Below, piece by piece: positions 38,664 through 50,266 of a stretch of DNA of 64,000 nucleotides (its first letter is position 1; every line of letters starts with the position of its first letter). The stretch is from Bacteroidota bacterium (lineage in GTDB: Bacteria > Bacteroidota > Ignavibacteria > Kapaibacteriales > UBA2268). The notes beneath the pieces were generated by a model. That model did not search any database. It saw only the letters and a program-made list of their open reading frames with translations, and was not told where the DNA came from. The position numbers and the translations under genes were made by a program. Where the stretch lies: positions 1,460 to 65,459 of the forward strand of contig JARKQC010000227.1 of assembly GCA_029974985.1 (NCBI GenBank). Direction: 5' to 3'.

Positions 38664-38684
38664 ACAATGGGTTATGCCCTAATT
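38664..38684. repeat. Module B degenerate copy (ACAATGGGTTATGCCCTAATT)
   Basis: About 16 of 21 positions match the 14408 copy by eye; pairing is partly lost. Confidence 0.35.
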
Positions 38685-38813
38685 TATCAGTCTTTTATTT
38701 CTAGACATTTAATAATGCTTATCTTACCAATTTTACACTTTCAACTATATAATTGATTCCAATTTTCTTTTATAATAACAAATATGAATTAACACACATA
38801 AAAAATATTATTG

Positions 38814-38852
38814 ATAAAAAAAACCTTCCAAAAAATAGTAATTTGGAAGGTT
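38814..38852 (-). terminator. Rho-independent terminator of rpoC
   Basis: Minus strand: AACCTTCCAAA-9 nt-TTTGGAAGGTT followed by TTTTTTTT, about 25 nt after the rpoC stop. Confidence 0.7.
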
Positions 38853-38877
38853 AATTATTTTTTATAAAAATTAATTT

Positions 38878-41800
38878 TTATAAAGTAATTTTGTCAGCCT
38901 CGAACTCTTCATCTTCAAGATTTAATTGAGAATTTTCAGAATCCAATGCTTCTTCGATATTATCATAGATATTTTTACCAAAAATATTACCTATTTCGCT
39001 ATTTACGGTCATTTCTTGGTATGATCTTAAACCAGTACCAGCTGGAATTAACTGTCCAATAATAATATTTTCTTTAAGACCTTCAAGATTATCAACTTTA
39101 GCTGCTACAGAAGCTTCTGAAAGTACTCTTGTTGTCTCTTGGAACGATGCCGCAGAAAGCCAACTTGTTGTAGTTAGTGATGCTTGTGTGATACCAAGCA
39201 AAACGGGATCTCCAATTGCTGGTTCACTTGGAGTGAATTCAACAAGTCTTAAATCTTTTTTCTTTAATTCATTATTAATTTCTTTGACTTTTTTTCTCTG
39301 AACTAAATAGCCTTCGTTATATTTTGAATCACCTTTATCGGTTATTAAAACCATATTTTTGAGGCGATTATTTTCGTCATTAAAATCTTGACGGTCAACA
39401 TTATCATTTTCGAGTAATGAGGAATCACCAGATTCAACGATTTTTACTTTTTGAAGCATTTGTCTAACGATAACCTCAATATGCTTATCATTAATTTTCA
39501 CACCTTGCATACGATAAACTTCTTGTATTTCGTTTACAAGATATTCTTGAACAGCATTTGCACCTTTAATTCTCAAAATATCGTGCGGATTAATTGAGCC
39601 TTCGGTAAGTCTATCACTTGTACGAACAAAGTCGCCTTCTTGCACAAGTATATAACGCCCTACGGGAACACTATACTCAATTCTTGTTTTCTCATCTTGT
39701 GATGTTACAACGATAACCCTTTGCCCACGTTTCATTTTATCAAAACTAATAATACCATCAATATCAGAAACGATAGCTGGATTCTGCGGTGAACGTGCTT
39801 CGAATAATTCTGTAACACGAGGCAAACCACCTGTAATATCACGTGTTCTTCCCAAATCTCTTGGGATTTTTACAAGTGAAGAACCAACGCTTACCAAATC
39901 ATTATCATCTACTCTTAATTGAGCACGTGATGGAATATTATAAGATTTCAAGACTTGTCCCGTGTCGTCAATAACTTCGATTAATGGAATTTTTGTTCTA
40001 TCTTTCGAGTCAATAACAATTTTAGTTATATGTCCGGTTTGTTCATCATTTACTTCACGGTAAGTAACATTATGAATCAAATCTCTATATCTAATTTTTC
40101 CAGCAAATTCGGTTATAATAGTAGCATTATAAGGATCCCATTCATAAAGTATATCACCTTTTTTAATAAGCTGACCATCGGCAACAGATAAATTTGCACC
40201 ATAGGTTACATCATATTTAGTAAGCATTCTATTACTATCGGGGTCAATAATTTGAATAATACCACTACGACTTGTCGCAATAGTAATCGTACCTTCGTCG
40301 CCTTCGTAACTAATAGTACGAATATTTTCAAAATTAACTACACCATCAAATTTTGCAACAACTGATGATTGAGAAGCAACGAGTGCCGCTGTACCACCTG
40401 TATGGAAGGTACGTAAAGTAAGCTGAGTACCAGGTTCACCAATTGATTGAGAAGCAATAGTACCAACTGCCTCGCCTATATCAACTAATTTACCAGTTGC
40501 AAGATTACGTCCATAGCATTTAGCACAAACTCCTTTACGTGATTCGCAAGTAAGCACAGAGCGTATTAAGACTGATTCAATAGAAGTAGCTTCTATTTTT
40601 GCAGTAATATTTTCATCAATTATTTCACCATCTTTAAGTATTAATTCTTCGGTGATAGGATCAATTATATCACGAAGAGCTGTTCTACCAACAATTCTTT
40701 CTGCTAATGATTCTTTTACCTCTTCCCCATCTTTCAATGCTGTCATTTCCACACCACGAATCGTACCACAATCGGGTTGGGAAATAATTACATCTTGGGC
40801 TACGTCGTGGAGTCTTCTTGTTAAATAACCAGCATCGGCAGTTTTTAAAGCTGTATCTGCAAGACCTTTACGAGCGCCGTGTGTAGAAATAAAATATTCT
40901 AATATTGATAATCCTTCTTTAAAATTTGATATAATTGGATTTTCGATTAATTCACCTGTCGAGCCAGATAATGACTTCTTAGGTTTAGCCATCAGACCTC
41001 TCATACCAGCAAGCTGTCGGATCTGTTCTTTAGAACCTCTTGCTTTTGAATCGAGCATCATCCAAAATGTATTAAATCCTTGTTTATCTTTTTGCATTTC
41101 ATTATACAATCTATCAGCAACTACGTTAGTAGCAGTTGACCAAGTATCAATAATTTTGTTATAACGCTCTCCACCACTTATTACACCATTACGATAAGCT
41201 TCTTCAATTTTATCAACTTTGCTTTGAGCATTTAAAATAATATTTCGTTTTACATTTGGAATAACAACATCATGAATACTTACAGACAATCCACCTTTTG
41301 TAGCGTATGTAAAGCCGAGGTCTTTAAGTTCATCAAGAAATTCGACTGTTTTAGCTAATCCGGCTTCGCGGAAACATATACCAATAATCTGACGCAATCT
41401 ATTTTTAGTAAGTAATTCATTAATAAAACCAAGTTCATCTGGAACGATTCTATTTAGAATTACTCTGCCAACGGTTGTTTCGATTATTTCTTTATTAAAA
41501 CGTACTTTTATTTTCGCATGTAGTTCAGCTTTTCCTTGGTCATAAGCAATTCTAAGTTCTTCTGGACTTGCGAATACTTTACCTTCTCCGATACAGCCTA
41601 ATTTCATTTTTGTAAGATAATACACACCAAGAACCATATCTTGTGATGGCACAGTAATAGGATCACCATTTTGAGTGTGCATTATATTATGAGGTGCTAA
41701 CATTAAAAGCATTGCTTCTAATTGAGATTCATAACTTATCGGAACGTGAACAGCCATCTGGTCGCCGTCAAAGTCGGCATTAAATGCAGTACAAACAAGT

Positions 41801-43176
41801 GGATGCAACTGAATTGCTTTACCTTCAATTAAACGTGGCTGAAATGCTTGGATACCAAGACGATGAAGAGTTGGAGCGCGATTAAGCATTACGGGATGTC
41901 CGTCAATTACTTTTTCAAGAATATCCCATACTTCATTTGTCTTACGTTCAACCATTTTTTTAGCACTTTTTACAGTCTTAACATGCCCGCGTTCTATTAA
42001 TCTTCTAATAATAAATGGTTTAAATAGCTCGACAGCCATATCCTTAGGTAATCCACACTCGTGAATTCTTAATTCTGGACCAACAACGATAACTGAACGT
42101 CCAGAATAATCAACTCTTTTACCAAGAAGATTTTGTCTAAATCGTCCTGTTTTACCTTTTAATGTATCAGCAAGTGATTTTAAAGCACGTTGAGATTCAC
42201 TTCTTACAGATCTTCTACTATTATCAAATAGTGCATCAACGGCTTCTTGGAGCATTCTTTTTTCATTTCTTAAAATTACTTCTGGTGCTTTAATATCAAT
42301 TAGTCTTTTCAAACGATTATTACGAATAATAACTCTTCTATAAAGGTCATTTAAATCAGAAGTTGCAAATCGTCCTCCTTCAAGTGGTACTAATGGACGT
42401 AAATCTGGTGGTGTAACAGGTATAACATCAAGTACCATCCAGCTTGGTTCATTAGGATAATTACTTTTTTGACTATTTTTGAAAGCATCGAGAACACGTA
42501 ATCTTTTTAATAATTCAGTTTTTTTCTGTTGTGAGGTTTCAACTTTTAAAATTTCTTTTAATTCAAAATATTGTTTTTCGGGATTGATACGTTTTAACAA
42601 TTCTTTGATAGCTTCGCCACCAATTAAAGCAATAAATTTATTAGGGTCTTCATCATCGAGAGCAAGGTCTTCTTTTGAGAGCGTGTCTAATACATCGAGA
42701 TATTGCTCTTCAGTTAATAAGTCTTTGGTTTGAAGACCTGTTTTACCGGGTTGGACAACTATATAAGATTCATAATATACAATTCTTTCTATATCTTTTG
42801 TAGGCATTCCTATAACAGCACTTATCTTACTTGGCAATGTTCTTAAAAACCAGATATGAACTACTGGTACAGCAAGCATAATGTGTCCCATTCTTTCTCT
42901 TCGAACAGATTTTTGAGTAACCTCAACGCCACATCTATCGCAAACAATACCTTTATATCTAATTCTTTTATATTTACCACAAGCGCATTCCCAATCACGA
43001 ATCGGACCGAATATTTTTTCACAGAACAAACCGTCTTTTTCAGGGCGGAATGATCTATAATTTATCGTTTCCGGTTTAGAAATTTCTCCGTGTGAACGAT
43101 TGAGAATATCATCTGGGGAGGCGATTCTAATCGAAATTTTTGAGAAACCTCTTCTTGGTATTGATAATGATTGCAT
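38878..43176 (-). CDS. rpoC: DNA-directed RNA polymerase subunit beta-prime
   Basis: 1432-aa ORF. Zn finger Cx[12 protein letters not shown], catalytic [12 protein letters not shown], bridge-helix and trigger-loop regions. AAGGAG SD upstream. Confidence 0.98.
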   Translation of the reverse strand: MQSLSIPRRGFSKISIRIASPDDILNRSHGEISKPETINYRSFRPEKDGLFCEKIFGPIRDWECACGKYKRIRYKGIVCDRCGVEVTQKSVRRERMGHIMLAVPVVHIWFLRTLPSKISAVIGMPTKDIERIVYYESYIVVQPGKTGLQTKDLLTEEQYLDVLDTLSKEDLALDDEDPNKFIALIGGEAIKELLKRINPEKQYFELKEILKVETSQQKKTELLKRLRVLDAFKNSQKSNYPNEPSWMVLDVIPVTPPDLRPLVPLEGGRFATSDLNDLYRRVIIRNNRLKRLIDIKAPEVILRNEKRMLQEAVDALFDNSRRSVRSESQRALKSLADTLKGKTGRFRQNLLGKRVDYSGRSVIVVGPELRIHECGLPKDMAVELFKPFIIRRLIERGHVKTVKSAKKMVERKTNEVWDILEKVIDGHPVMLNRAPTLHRLGIQAFQPRLIEGKAIQLHPLVCTAFNADFDGDQMAVHVPISYESQLEAMLLMLAPHNIMHTQNGDPITVPSQDMVLGVYYLTKMKLGCIGEGKVFASPEELRIAYDQGKAELHAKIKVRFNKEIIETTVGRVILNRIVPDELGFINELLTKNRLRQIIGICFREAGLAKTVEFLDELKDLGFTYATKGGLSVSIHDVVIPNVKRNIILNAQSKVDKIEEAYRNGVISGGERYNKIIDTWSTATNVVADRLYNEMQKDKQGFNTFWMMLDSKARGSKEQIRQLAGMRGLMAKPKKSLSGSTGELIENPIISNFKEGLSILEYFISTHGARKGLADTALKTADAGYLTRRLHDVAQDVIISQPDCGTIRGVEMTALKDGEEVKESLAERIVGRTALRDIIDPITEELILKDGEIIDENITAKIEATSIESVLIRSVLTCESRKGVCAKCYGRNLATGKLVDIGEAVGTIASQSIGEPGTQLTLRTFHTGGTAALVASQSSVVAKFDGVVNFENIRTISYEGDEGTITIATSRSGIIQIIDPDSNRMLTKYDVTYGANLSVADGQLIKKGDILYEWDPYNATIITEFAGKIRYRDLIHNVTYREVNDEQTGHITKIVIDSKDRTKIPLIEVIDDTGQVLKSYNIPSRAQLRVDDNDLVSVGSSLVKIPRDLGRTRDITGGLPRVTELFEARSPQNPAIVSDIDGIISFDKMKRGQRVIVVTSQDEKTRIEYSVPVGRYILVQEGDFVRTSDRLTEGSINPHDILRIKGANAVQEYLVNEIQEVYRMQGVKINDKHIEVIVRQMLQKVKIVESGDSSLLENDNVDRQDFNDENNRLKNMVLITDKGDSKYNEGYLVQRKKVKEINNELKKKDLRLVEFTPSEPAIGDPVLLGITQASLTTTSWLSAASFQETTRVLSEASVAAKVDNLEGLKENIIIGQLIPAGTGLRSYQEMTVNSEIGNIFGKNIYDNIEEALDSENSQLNLEDEEFEADKITL

Positions 43177-43237
43177 GGAAACACTCCTTTATCTATGACT
43201 TAATAATTTATTTATTTTCATTTTTATTATTTTTTAC

Positions 43238-43272
43238 AATTAGAGAAATGACATAAAATCATTTCTCTAATT
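43238..43272 (-). promoter_or_regulatory. 14-bp perfect hairpin in the rpoB-rpoC spacer (possible processing or pause element)
   Basis: AATTAGAGAAATGA-7 nt-TCATTTCTCTAATT. No U-tract on the transcribed strand. Confidence 0.35.
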
Positions 43273-43287
43273 AGTTTAATATAAGTA

Positions 43288-46200
43288 TTATTCAATGTGA
43301 ATATCGAGGCACAAACCTTGTAATTCTCTTACCAATACATTAAATGATTCGGGAATATTTGGGTCTGGCATATTATCACCTTTAACGATAGACTCATACA
43401 TCTTAGCTCTGCCCTGAACGTCATCACTTTTCATAGTAAGCATTTCTTGTAGAGTATGAGCCGCACCATAAGCTTCTAATGCCCAAACTTCCATTTCTCC
43501 AAGTCTTTGACCACCGAATTGAGCTTTACCGCCTAATGGTTGCTGGGTAATCAAACTATAAGGACCTATCGAGCGAGCATGTAGTTTATCAGCAACAAGG
43601 TGAGCTAATTTAAGTATATAAATTATTCCAACGGTTACTTTTTCATCATAGAGATTACCTGTTCTGCCGTCATATAAATCAGTTTTACCTTCTCGTGGCA
43701 GTCCAGCTTTTTCTAAGTAATCACCAACTTGGTCCCAAGTTGCACCGTCAAAAATTGGCGTAGCAAAATAAGTTCCAAGTTTAGATGCCGCCCAACCGAG
43801 AGCTGTTTCATACAACTGTCCAAGGTTCATACGAGAGGGCACACCAAGTGGATTTAATACTATATCCACAGGAGTTCCATCTGGTAAGAACGGCATATCT
43901 TCTGGATTAACTATTTTAGAAACAATACCTTTATTACCGTGGCGACCAGCCATTTTATCACCAACTTGAAGTTTACGTTTTTTAGCTACATAAACTTTTG
44001 CCATTTGGAGAATTCCGGGTTGTAATTCATCGCCTGCGGCTAATTTATTTTTCTCAGCTCGGAAATTTCCTTTTTCATCATTACGTTTAATTAAGTAATT
44101 TGCATGCATTGCAGTTAATTTTTCATTCTTTTCATTGTCCGATAAAATCGCTTGTGAAAAGTCAAGTAACTCTGGTTTTAATAGTCCATCTTCAAATTTA
44201 GCAAAAACATCTTTTGCATTAACTTTACTACCAGCTCTAAATACTGACACACCATTTTCAAGACGAAGCCCAAGAATTTTTTCGCCATCAAGTAGGCTTG
44301 CTAATCTCGAAACACAATCTAAATCAATTTCTCTTAATGTATCTTTTTCGAGTTTACTTATTTGATCTTGGCGTTTTTTCTCTAATGCTCTCGTGTCTTT
44401 ATCCATCGTTAGTAATCTACGAGTAAATAACTTAGTATTTATAACAACGCCTTTTAATCCTGGAGTTGCTTTTAGAGAAACATCTTTTACGTCGCCAGCT
44501 TTATCACCAAAAATTGCTCTTAACAATTTTTCTTCTGGCGTTGGATCTGTCTCGCCTTTAGGAGTAATTTTTCCAATTAAAATATCTCCTTCATTTACTT
44601 TAGCTCCAATTCTTACAATACCATTATCATCTAAATCTTTTGTAGCTTCTTCACTAACATTTGGAATTTCACGAGTAAATTCTTCTTCACCGCGTTTTGT
44701 ATCACGGACTTGTAAAGTAAATTCTTCTATATGAATTGATGTAAATATATCTTCGGCAACCATTCTTCGAGAAATAATAATAGCGTCCTCAAAATTATAT
44801 CCTCGCCAAGGCATAAATGCAACAAGAACATTTTGCCCTAATGCAAGTTCGCCTTTATCGGTTGAGGCTCCATCAACTAATGGTTGTCCTTTAATTACTC
44901 TTTGTCCTTTGCGAACAATAGGATGCTGATTTATACAAGTATCTTGATTTGTTCTGAAGAATTTTAATAATTTATAAGTAACGACATCTTGATAATCGAA
45001 AGATACAAGTTTTTCATCTTCAGACCTTTCATCATCGTATCTTACAGTAATATAATCAGCACAAACGTATTCAACAACTCCATTACGTTCAGCTAATATA
45101 AGAGTACGCGAATCTTTTGCAATTTTTGCCTCCATACCAGTACCAACAACAGGGGCTTTTACTCTTAAAAGCGGTACAGCTTGTCGTTGCATATTAGCAC
45201 CCATTAATGCACGATTAGCATCATCGTGTTCTAAAAATGGAATTAGAGATGATGCTGGGCTTGTAATTTGGTCAGTCGAGACATCTATATAGTCAACTTG
45301 ATCAGCGTCAACGAGCACGAAATCACCCGAGCGTCTTGCTCTAATTTTCTCACCAATCAAATTACCATCTTGATCGGCTGGTGTCGAAGCTGGCACTACG
45401 ATAAGTCCATCTTCTTTATCGGCCGCTAAAAACTCAATATTATCTTGAATTTTTCCATTAATAACTTTTCTATAAGGTGTTTCGATAAAGCCAAGATAAT
45501 TTATTCTTGCGTGCATAGCAAGTGATGAAATCAAACCAATATTTGGACCTTCGGGAGTTTCGATTGGGCATAAGCGTCCATAATGCGTATAATGTACGTC
45601 TCTCACTTCAAAACCAGCTCTTTCACGTGTTAAACCACCGGGACCTAACGCAGAAGTACGTCGTTTATGAGTTAATTCAGCCAAAGGATTGGTCTGGTCC
45701 ATAAATTGAGAAAGCTGATTTGTACCAAAAAATTGATTAACGACCGAGCTAATTGTTCGAGCATTTACTAATTCAGAAGGAGTTAGGTTTTCGCCATCGT
45801 GAATACTCAATCTTTCTCTAATAGTACGTGCCATACGTGATAAACCAACATTAAATTGAGCGTTTAACTGCTCGCCAACTGTTCTAACACGTCGGTTACC
45901 AAGATGGTCTATATCATCTCCACTTATTTTGTTGTCATGCAAGTAAATAAGATGCTTAATAATTGATACGAAATCTTCTGTTGTTAAAGTAGTATCTTCT
46001 ATCGGAATTTTAAGATCGAGTTTTTCATTAATTCTAAAACGTCCTACAATTCCTAAATCATATCTTTTTGGATTAAAGAATAATTTATCGAGCAAGCCTT
46101 CGGCTGTTTCAATATCTGGTGGTTCGCTTGAACGTAATTGACGATAAATTACTTCGAGAGCATCTTCGCGATTTCGAGCAGTATCTTTTGTTAAGGTTTT

Positions 46201-47187
46201 AGCAATTACGGGTTCTTCCGTAGGATCATATTCTTTAAAAATTCTTAATGGTAAAATTTCAGTTGCTCTTATTTGAGCAATAAAATCATCGTCTATAATA
46301 ACATCACGTGCAGAAATTATCTCGCCTGTACCTAAATCTACAACGTCAGAAGCAATTCTTCGACCAATATAATTTTCATCAATTAATGCTGGATCGATAT
46401 CCTCTGCAAGGTCGAATAATTGTAATATATCCTCATCAGAAGAGAAACCAATTGCACGTAACAATGTTGTAACGGGGAATTTTTTCTTTCTATCAATATA
46501 AGCATACATAACATCGTGAATATCTGTCGTAAACTCAATCCAAGAGCCTCGGAAAGGAATAATACGAGCAGTATAAATTCGAGTACCATTTGGGTGAAGT
46601 GCGTCATCAAAAAATACACCAGGAGAGCGATGAATCTGACTAACGATAACACGCTCCGCACCATTAATAATAAAAGTACCTCGTGGAGTCATTGCTGGAA
46701 TATTGCCTAAATATACTTCTTGGTCAACAGATTCGATATAATCTTCCGAACCTTTTTCAGCTTTACTCGAAAGTCTTAATTTAGCTTTCAGGGGTTTTGC
46801 AAAAGTTAATTCGCGCTCTCTACATTCTTCTTCGCTATATTTTGGTTTTTCGATAGTATATTCAATAAAATCTAATTGAAAAATAGAAGAGGCGTCTTCA
46901 ATAGGAAAATTCACATTGAAAGCGGCTTGCAATCCAATATTTAGTCTTTTTGAGGGTGGAGTTTCTTCTTGTAAAAATTCTTTATATGAATCTAATTGTA
47001 TGCTCAATAAATCTGGATATTGAGAATTTTCTTTTGAACGAGAAAAATTTATACGACGGCGTAATCGCACTATACCATCATCTGTTTCGAGAAGTTTTAA
47101 CTCCCCGCTACCATAGTCTTTATAGTGTTCTAACAGAGCGTTAGTGCCAGTGTTTTCAAATTCTTCGAAGTTATTGTCGGGTTCCAT
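43288..47187 (-). CDS. rpoB: DNA-directed RNA polymerase subunit beta
   Basis: 1299-aa ORF. Conserved regions incl. RINEKL, GRHGNKG, GGQRLGEMEVWALEAYGA. GGAGG SD 6 nt upstream of the ATG. Confidence 0.98.
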   Translation of the reverse strand: MEPDNNFEEFENTGTNALLEHYKDYGSGELKLLETDDGIVRLRRRINFSRSKENSQYPDLLSIQLDSYKEFLQEETPPSKRLNIGLQAAFNVNFPIEDASSIFQLDFIEYTIEKPKYSEEECRERELTFAKPLKAKLRLSSKAEKGSEDYIESVDQEVYLGNIPAMTPRGTFIINGAERVIVSQIHRSPGVFFDDALHPNGTRIYTARIIPFRGSWIEFTTDIHDVMYAYIDRKKKFPVTTLLRAIGFSSDEDILQLFDLAEDIDPALIDENYIGRRIASDVVDLGTGEIISARDVIIDDDFIAQIRATEILPLRIFKEYDPTEEPVIAKTLTKDTARNREDALEVIYRQLRSSEPPDIETAEGLLDKLFFNPKRYDLGIVGRFRINEKLDLKIPIEDTTLTTEDFVSIIKHLIYLHDNKISGDDIDHLGNRRVRTVGEQLNAQFNVGLSRMARTIRERLSIHDGENLTPSELVNARTISSVVNQFFGTNQLSQFMDQTNPLAELTHKRRTSALGPGGLTRERAGFEVRDVHYTHYGRLCPIETPEGPNIGLISSLAMHARINYLGFIETPYRKVINGKIQDNIEFLAADKEDGLIVVPASTPADQDGNLIGEKIRARRSGDFVLVDADQVDYIDVSTDQITSPASSLIPFLEHDDANRALMGANMQRQAVPLLRVKAPVVGTGMEAKIAKDSRTLILAERNGVVEYVCADYITVRYDDERSEDEKLVSFDYQDVVTYKLLKFFRTNQDTCINQHPIVRKGQRVIKGQPLVDGASTDKGELALGQNVLVAFMPWRGYNFEDAIIISRRMVAEDIFTSIHIEEFTLQVRDTKRGEEEFTREIPNVSEEATKDLDDNGIVRIGAKVNEGDILIGKITPKGETDPTPEEKLLRAIFGDKAGDVKDVSLKATPGLKGVVINTKLFTRRLLTMDKDTRALEKKRQDQISKLEKDTLREIDLDCVSRLASLLDGEKILGLRLENGVSVFRAGSKVNAKDVFAKFEDGLLKPELLDFSQAILSDNEKNEKLTAMHANYLIKRNDEKGNFRAEKNKLAAGDELQPGILQMAKVYVAKKRKLQVGDKMAGRHGNKGIVSKIVNPEDMPFLPDGTPVDIVLNPLGVPSRMNLGQLYETALGWAASKLGTYFATPIFDGATWDQVGDYLEKAGLPREGKTDLYDGRTGNLYDEKVTVGIIYILKLAHLVADKLHARSIGPYSLITQQPLGGKAQFGGQRLGEMEVWALEAYGAAHTLQEMLTMKSDDVQGRAKMYESIVKGDNMPDPNIPESFNVLVRELQGLCLDIHIE

Positions 47188-47212
47188 AAAGCACCTCCTG
47201 TAATTGCATCGA

Positions 47213-47270
47213 ATATAAAAAAAAGGATTTTACAACTTGCCTTTGACGCGAAAGAAAAGTTGTAAAATCC
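47213..47270 (-). terminator. Terminator-like attenuator hairpin immediately upstream of the rpoB SD
   Basis: Minus strand: GGATTTTACAACTT-18 nt-AAGTTGTAAAATCC (14-bp perfect stem) followed by T8. It ends about 19 nt before the GGAGG. Confidence 0.5.
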
Positions 47271-47370
47271 ATATAATTTAGTTTTTTATTCATCAATAAA
47301 TTTTGTAATTTGTAAAAATTACTTAATAATATTTTGATTAATAGGAATTTTCAAAAAAACACACTCAATT

Positions 47371-47411
47371 AAAAACAACAAAAGGGGCTGGCGGATTTCG
47401 CCGCCTTCCCC
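47371..47411 (-). terminator. Rho-independent terminator/attenuator after rplL
   Basis: Minus strand: GGGGAAGGCGG-cgaaat-CCGCCAGCCCC (9 G-C pairs, 2x2 internal loop) followed by TTTTGTTGTTTTT. Lies 22 nt after the rplL stop. Confidence 0.65.
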
Positions 47412-47432
47412 GATTGAAAATATATAACAAAG

Positions 47433-47816
47433 TTACTTAAGTGTAACTTTAGCGCCAGCGTCTTCAAGCTTTTTCTTAATTTCTGCTGCTTCATCTTTAC
47501 CAGCCGCTTCTTTAACAACTTTTGGAGCGGATTCAACTAAATCTTTAGCTTCTTTTAAGCCGATACCAGTAAGCTCGCGAACAACTTTAATAACATTAAG
47601 TTTATTTGCTCCGAAATCAGTTAATTCAACATCAAATTCAGTTTGTTCTTCAACTGGTGCAGCTGCTTCAGTTGCTGCTGGCATCATTCCACCCATCATC
47701 ATAGGAGCGGCAGCTGTTACGCCAAATTTTTCTTCGAGTGCTTTTTTTAATTCAGCAGCTTCTACAAGTGTTAACGAAGAAATTTCTTCTACTAATTTTT
47801 CTACTTTTTCTGACAT
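47433..47816 (-). CDS. rplL: 50S ribosomal protein L7/L12
   Basis: 127-aa ORF. Ala/Met-rich hinge and C-terminal [19 protein letters not shown]. Confidence 0.97.
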   Translation of the reverse strand: MSEKVEKLVEEISSLTLVEAAELKKALEEKFGVTAAAPMMMGGMMPAATEAAAPVEEQTEFDVELTDFGANKLNVIKVVRELTGIGLKEAKDLVESAPKVVKEAAGKDEAAEIKKKLEDAGAKVTLK

Positions 47817-47858
47817 TTTTATATCTCTTTAAAATAATAATTTACAAAATTAAAAAAA

Positions 47859-48389
47859 TCAAGCCGCATTATTTTGTTTTTTAGCGACTTCTTCAATTAA
47901 TGATGCAACATCACGCATCACAGCGTTTATCGCACCAACGATACCTGAAGCAGGAGCGTTTAAGCTACCTAGTATGCTTCCTATCATTTCTGCTCTTGTT
48001 GGTAATGCGGCTATTGCTTTAAGCTCTGAACCTTCGTAGAATGTTCCTTCGAGGAAAGCGGCTTTAAGTTTTGGCTTCTCACCTTTATCGAAAAATTCTT
48101 TAATGACTTTTGCTGGTGCTGTTGGGTCGTCATAACTCAATACTAAACCTGTTTGACCGAATAAATTCGCGGCTGGTATAGAGAATTTTCCAATTTGATT
48201 AACAGCTCGTTCGATGAGTGTATTTTTCGCTACTCTATAAACGAGTTGCTTTTCGTGTATCATCTTACGAAACCTTGAGGTTTCGGCTACAGTCATAGAA
48301 GTAAAATCAACAAGGTAAACACCATTAGCTTTTTCGAGTAATTCTACTAATTCGCCAACAAGCTCTTGTTTTCTATTTTTTGTTATCAT
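47859..48389 (-). CDS. rplJ: 50S ribosomal protein L10
   Basis: 176-aa ORF, L10 family, in its conserved position upstream of rplL. Confidence 0.95.
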   Translation of the reverse strand: MITKNRKQELVGELVELLEKANGVYLVDFTSMTVAETSRFRKMIHEKQLVYRVAKNTLIERAVNQIGKFSIPAANLFGQTGLVLSYDDPTAPAKVIKEFFDKGEKPKLKAAFLEGTFYEGSELKAIAALPTRAEMIGSILGSLNAPASGIVGAINAVMRDVASLIEEVAKKQNNAA

Positions 48390-48500
48390 ACGTAACCATT
48401 TATATTTTATTTATACACACGGTTTACAACACCTAATAAAAAATTATTATAGTGTAGAAGCTTGAAACCGATTAGTGCGTAATAGTCTTAATAATTATTT
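48390..48500 (-). ncRNA. Possible ribosomal protein L10 leader (autoregulatory 5' UTR)
   Basis: 111-nt rplA-rplJ spacer. The minus strand can pair CGGTTT...AAACCG around an inner ACAC...GTGT stem. Position is analogous to known L10 leaders. No covariance model was run. Confidence 0.25.
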
Positions 48501-49199
48501 TTATTCAGCTTTAAAAGAGTTATCTCTAACGATTACTGCCGGGCTCATTGTCGAGCTAAACACAACATTTTTAATATATTTTCCTTTTGATGTTTGTGGT
48601 TTTGCTTTAACAATGCTATTGAAAAATGTATTTGCATTATCGAGAATTTTATCTTCTGTAAAAGAGCATTTTCCGATAGCGGCATGAATATTACCTGTTT
48701 TATCAACGCGATATTCAATTTTACCTGCTTTTAACTCTTTTACTGTTTTAGCAATTTCAAAAGTTACAGTACCAACTTTAGGATTGGGCATTAAGCCACG
48801 TGGTCCTAAAATTCTACCGAGTTTACCAACTTCACCCATAACATCAGGAGTTGCAACGACGACATCAACATCTGCCCAGCCGCCTTTAATTTTTTCGATA
48901 TAATCTTCAAATCCAGCATGGTCGGCGCCTGCGTCGAGTGCTTCTTGGTCTTTTGGAGCTTTTGTGAGTACTAAAACACGCACATCTTTACCAGTACCAT
49001 GAGGCAAAGAAACAGTACCACGAACCATTTGGTCAGCTTTTCTTGGATCAACACCCAAATTAATTGCGATTTCAAAAGATTCATCAAATTTTGCAGTAGC
49101 ATTTTTCTTTACAAGTTTGATAGCATCGATTGCATCATAAATCGCTTTATTATCATAACTTTTTAAAATTGCTGAATATCTTTTTCCGAGTTTTTTCAT
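48501..49199 (-). CDS. rplA: 50S ribosomal protein L1
   Basis: 232-aa ORF, L1 family ([21 protein letters not shown]). Confidence 0.96.
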   Translation of the reverse strand: MKKLGKRYSAILKSYDNKAIYDAIDAIKLVKKNATAKFDESFEIAINLGVDPRKADQMVRGTVSLPHGTGKDVRVLVLTKAPKDQEALDAGADHAGFEDYIEKIKGGWADVDVVVATPDVMGEVGKLGRILGPRGLMPNPKVGTVTFEIAKTVKELKAGKIEYRVDKTGNIHAAIGKCSFTEDKILDNANTFFNSIVKAKPQTSKGKYIKNVVFSSTMSPAVIVRDNSFKAE

Positions 49200-49229
49200 T
49201 TTAATTCAATATTTAATATTATTAATTTC

Positions 49230-49655
49230 TTAGCCTTCTACAACCAAGCCCATACTTCTGGCAGTACCAGCAATCATACTTATTGCTTTGGATTTGTCAA
49301 AAGCATTAAGGTCTTCTTTTTTAATTTCTATAATATCTTCTATTTGTTTAGTACTTACTTTTCCTACTTTTACTTTATTTGATTCTTTCGAACCAGCTTT
49401 TATACCTGCGGCTTGTTTAAGCAATACAGCGGCAGGCGGAGATTTAATGATAAAAGTAAAAGTTTTGTCACTAAAAAATGTAACAACAACAGGGAATATT
49501 GTTCCTTGTTGTTTTGCAGTTTTACCATTAAACTGCTTAACAAACTCCATACCATTCAAACCTCTTTGTCCGAATGCGGGACCTACTGGCGGTGCCATAG
49601 TTGCTTCACCAGCTTTTAATTGAAGTTTAAACGAGCCTAATACTTTTTTTGCCAT
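49230..49655 (-). CDS. rplK: 50S ribosomal protein L11
   Basis: 141-aa ORF, L11 family ([23 protein letters not shown]). Confidence 0.96.
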   Translation of the reverse strand: MAKKVLGSFKLQLKAGEATMAPPVGPAFGQRGLNGMEFVKQFNGKTAKQQGTIFPVVVTFFSDKTFTFIIKSPPAAVLLKQAAGIKAGSKESNKVKVGKVSTKQIEDIIEIKKEDLNAFDKSKAISMIAGTARSMGLVVEG

Positions 49656-49680
49656 AATAGTTCAATATTAAAATTTATAA

Positions 49681-50250
49681 TTATATTTCGAGTTCAACTT
49701 GGTTAAAATCCAACTCTACTGGAGTTTTTCTACCAAGAATTCCAACTTCTACTTTTAATTTTTGTTTTTCGATGTTTACTTCTTTTACAGTGCCGTTAAA
49801 TGTATTAAAAGGTCCTTCAATTACTCTAACGGGATCTCCGACTCTAAAAGATGTTTCTACTGTTGTTATATCTTTTCTTTCTTCGACTCTACCAATTATT
49901 CTTTCTATTTCACTTAATTGTAATGGTACGGGTTCGTTACGTCTTCCGACAAAACTTACTATCGAAGGGATTTGAGATATTACGTCTTTTGTTTTTCGGT
50001 CAAGTATTGCGTGAATAATGATATATCCTGGCAAAAAATTCTTGATTCGTGTGCGTCTTTTGCCATTTCTTACTTCGAAAACTGTTTCTTGCGGGATGAT
50101 AACCTCAAGGATTTTATCTTCTAATTTTAGTCTTTTAGCCTCAGCTTCGATAGCTATTTTGACTTTTTGTTCATGACTAGTAAAAGTCCTTAAAGCGTAC
50201 CATCTTGGTTCGTTGCTTTCGTATTGCGATATGTTTATTGGTTCTGACAT
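49681..50250 (-). CDS. nusG: Transcription termination/antitermination factor NusG
   Basis: 189-aa ORF. NGN domain (WYALRTFTSHEQKV) and KOW motif (GDPVRVIEGPFNTFNGTVKEV). Confidence 0.95.
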   Translation of the reverse strand: MSEPINISQYESNEPRWYALRTFTSHEQKVKIAIEAEAKRLKLEDKILEVIIPQETVFEVRNGKRRTRIKNFLPGYIIIHAILDRKTKDVISQIPSIVSFVGRRNEPVPLQLSEIERIIGRVEERKDITTVETSFRVGDPVRVIEGPFNTFNGTVKEVNIEKQKLKVEVGILGRKTPVELDFNQVELEI

Positions 50251-50266
50251 TAATATTTTTCAAATT

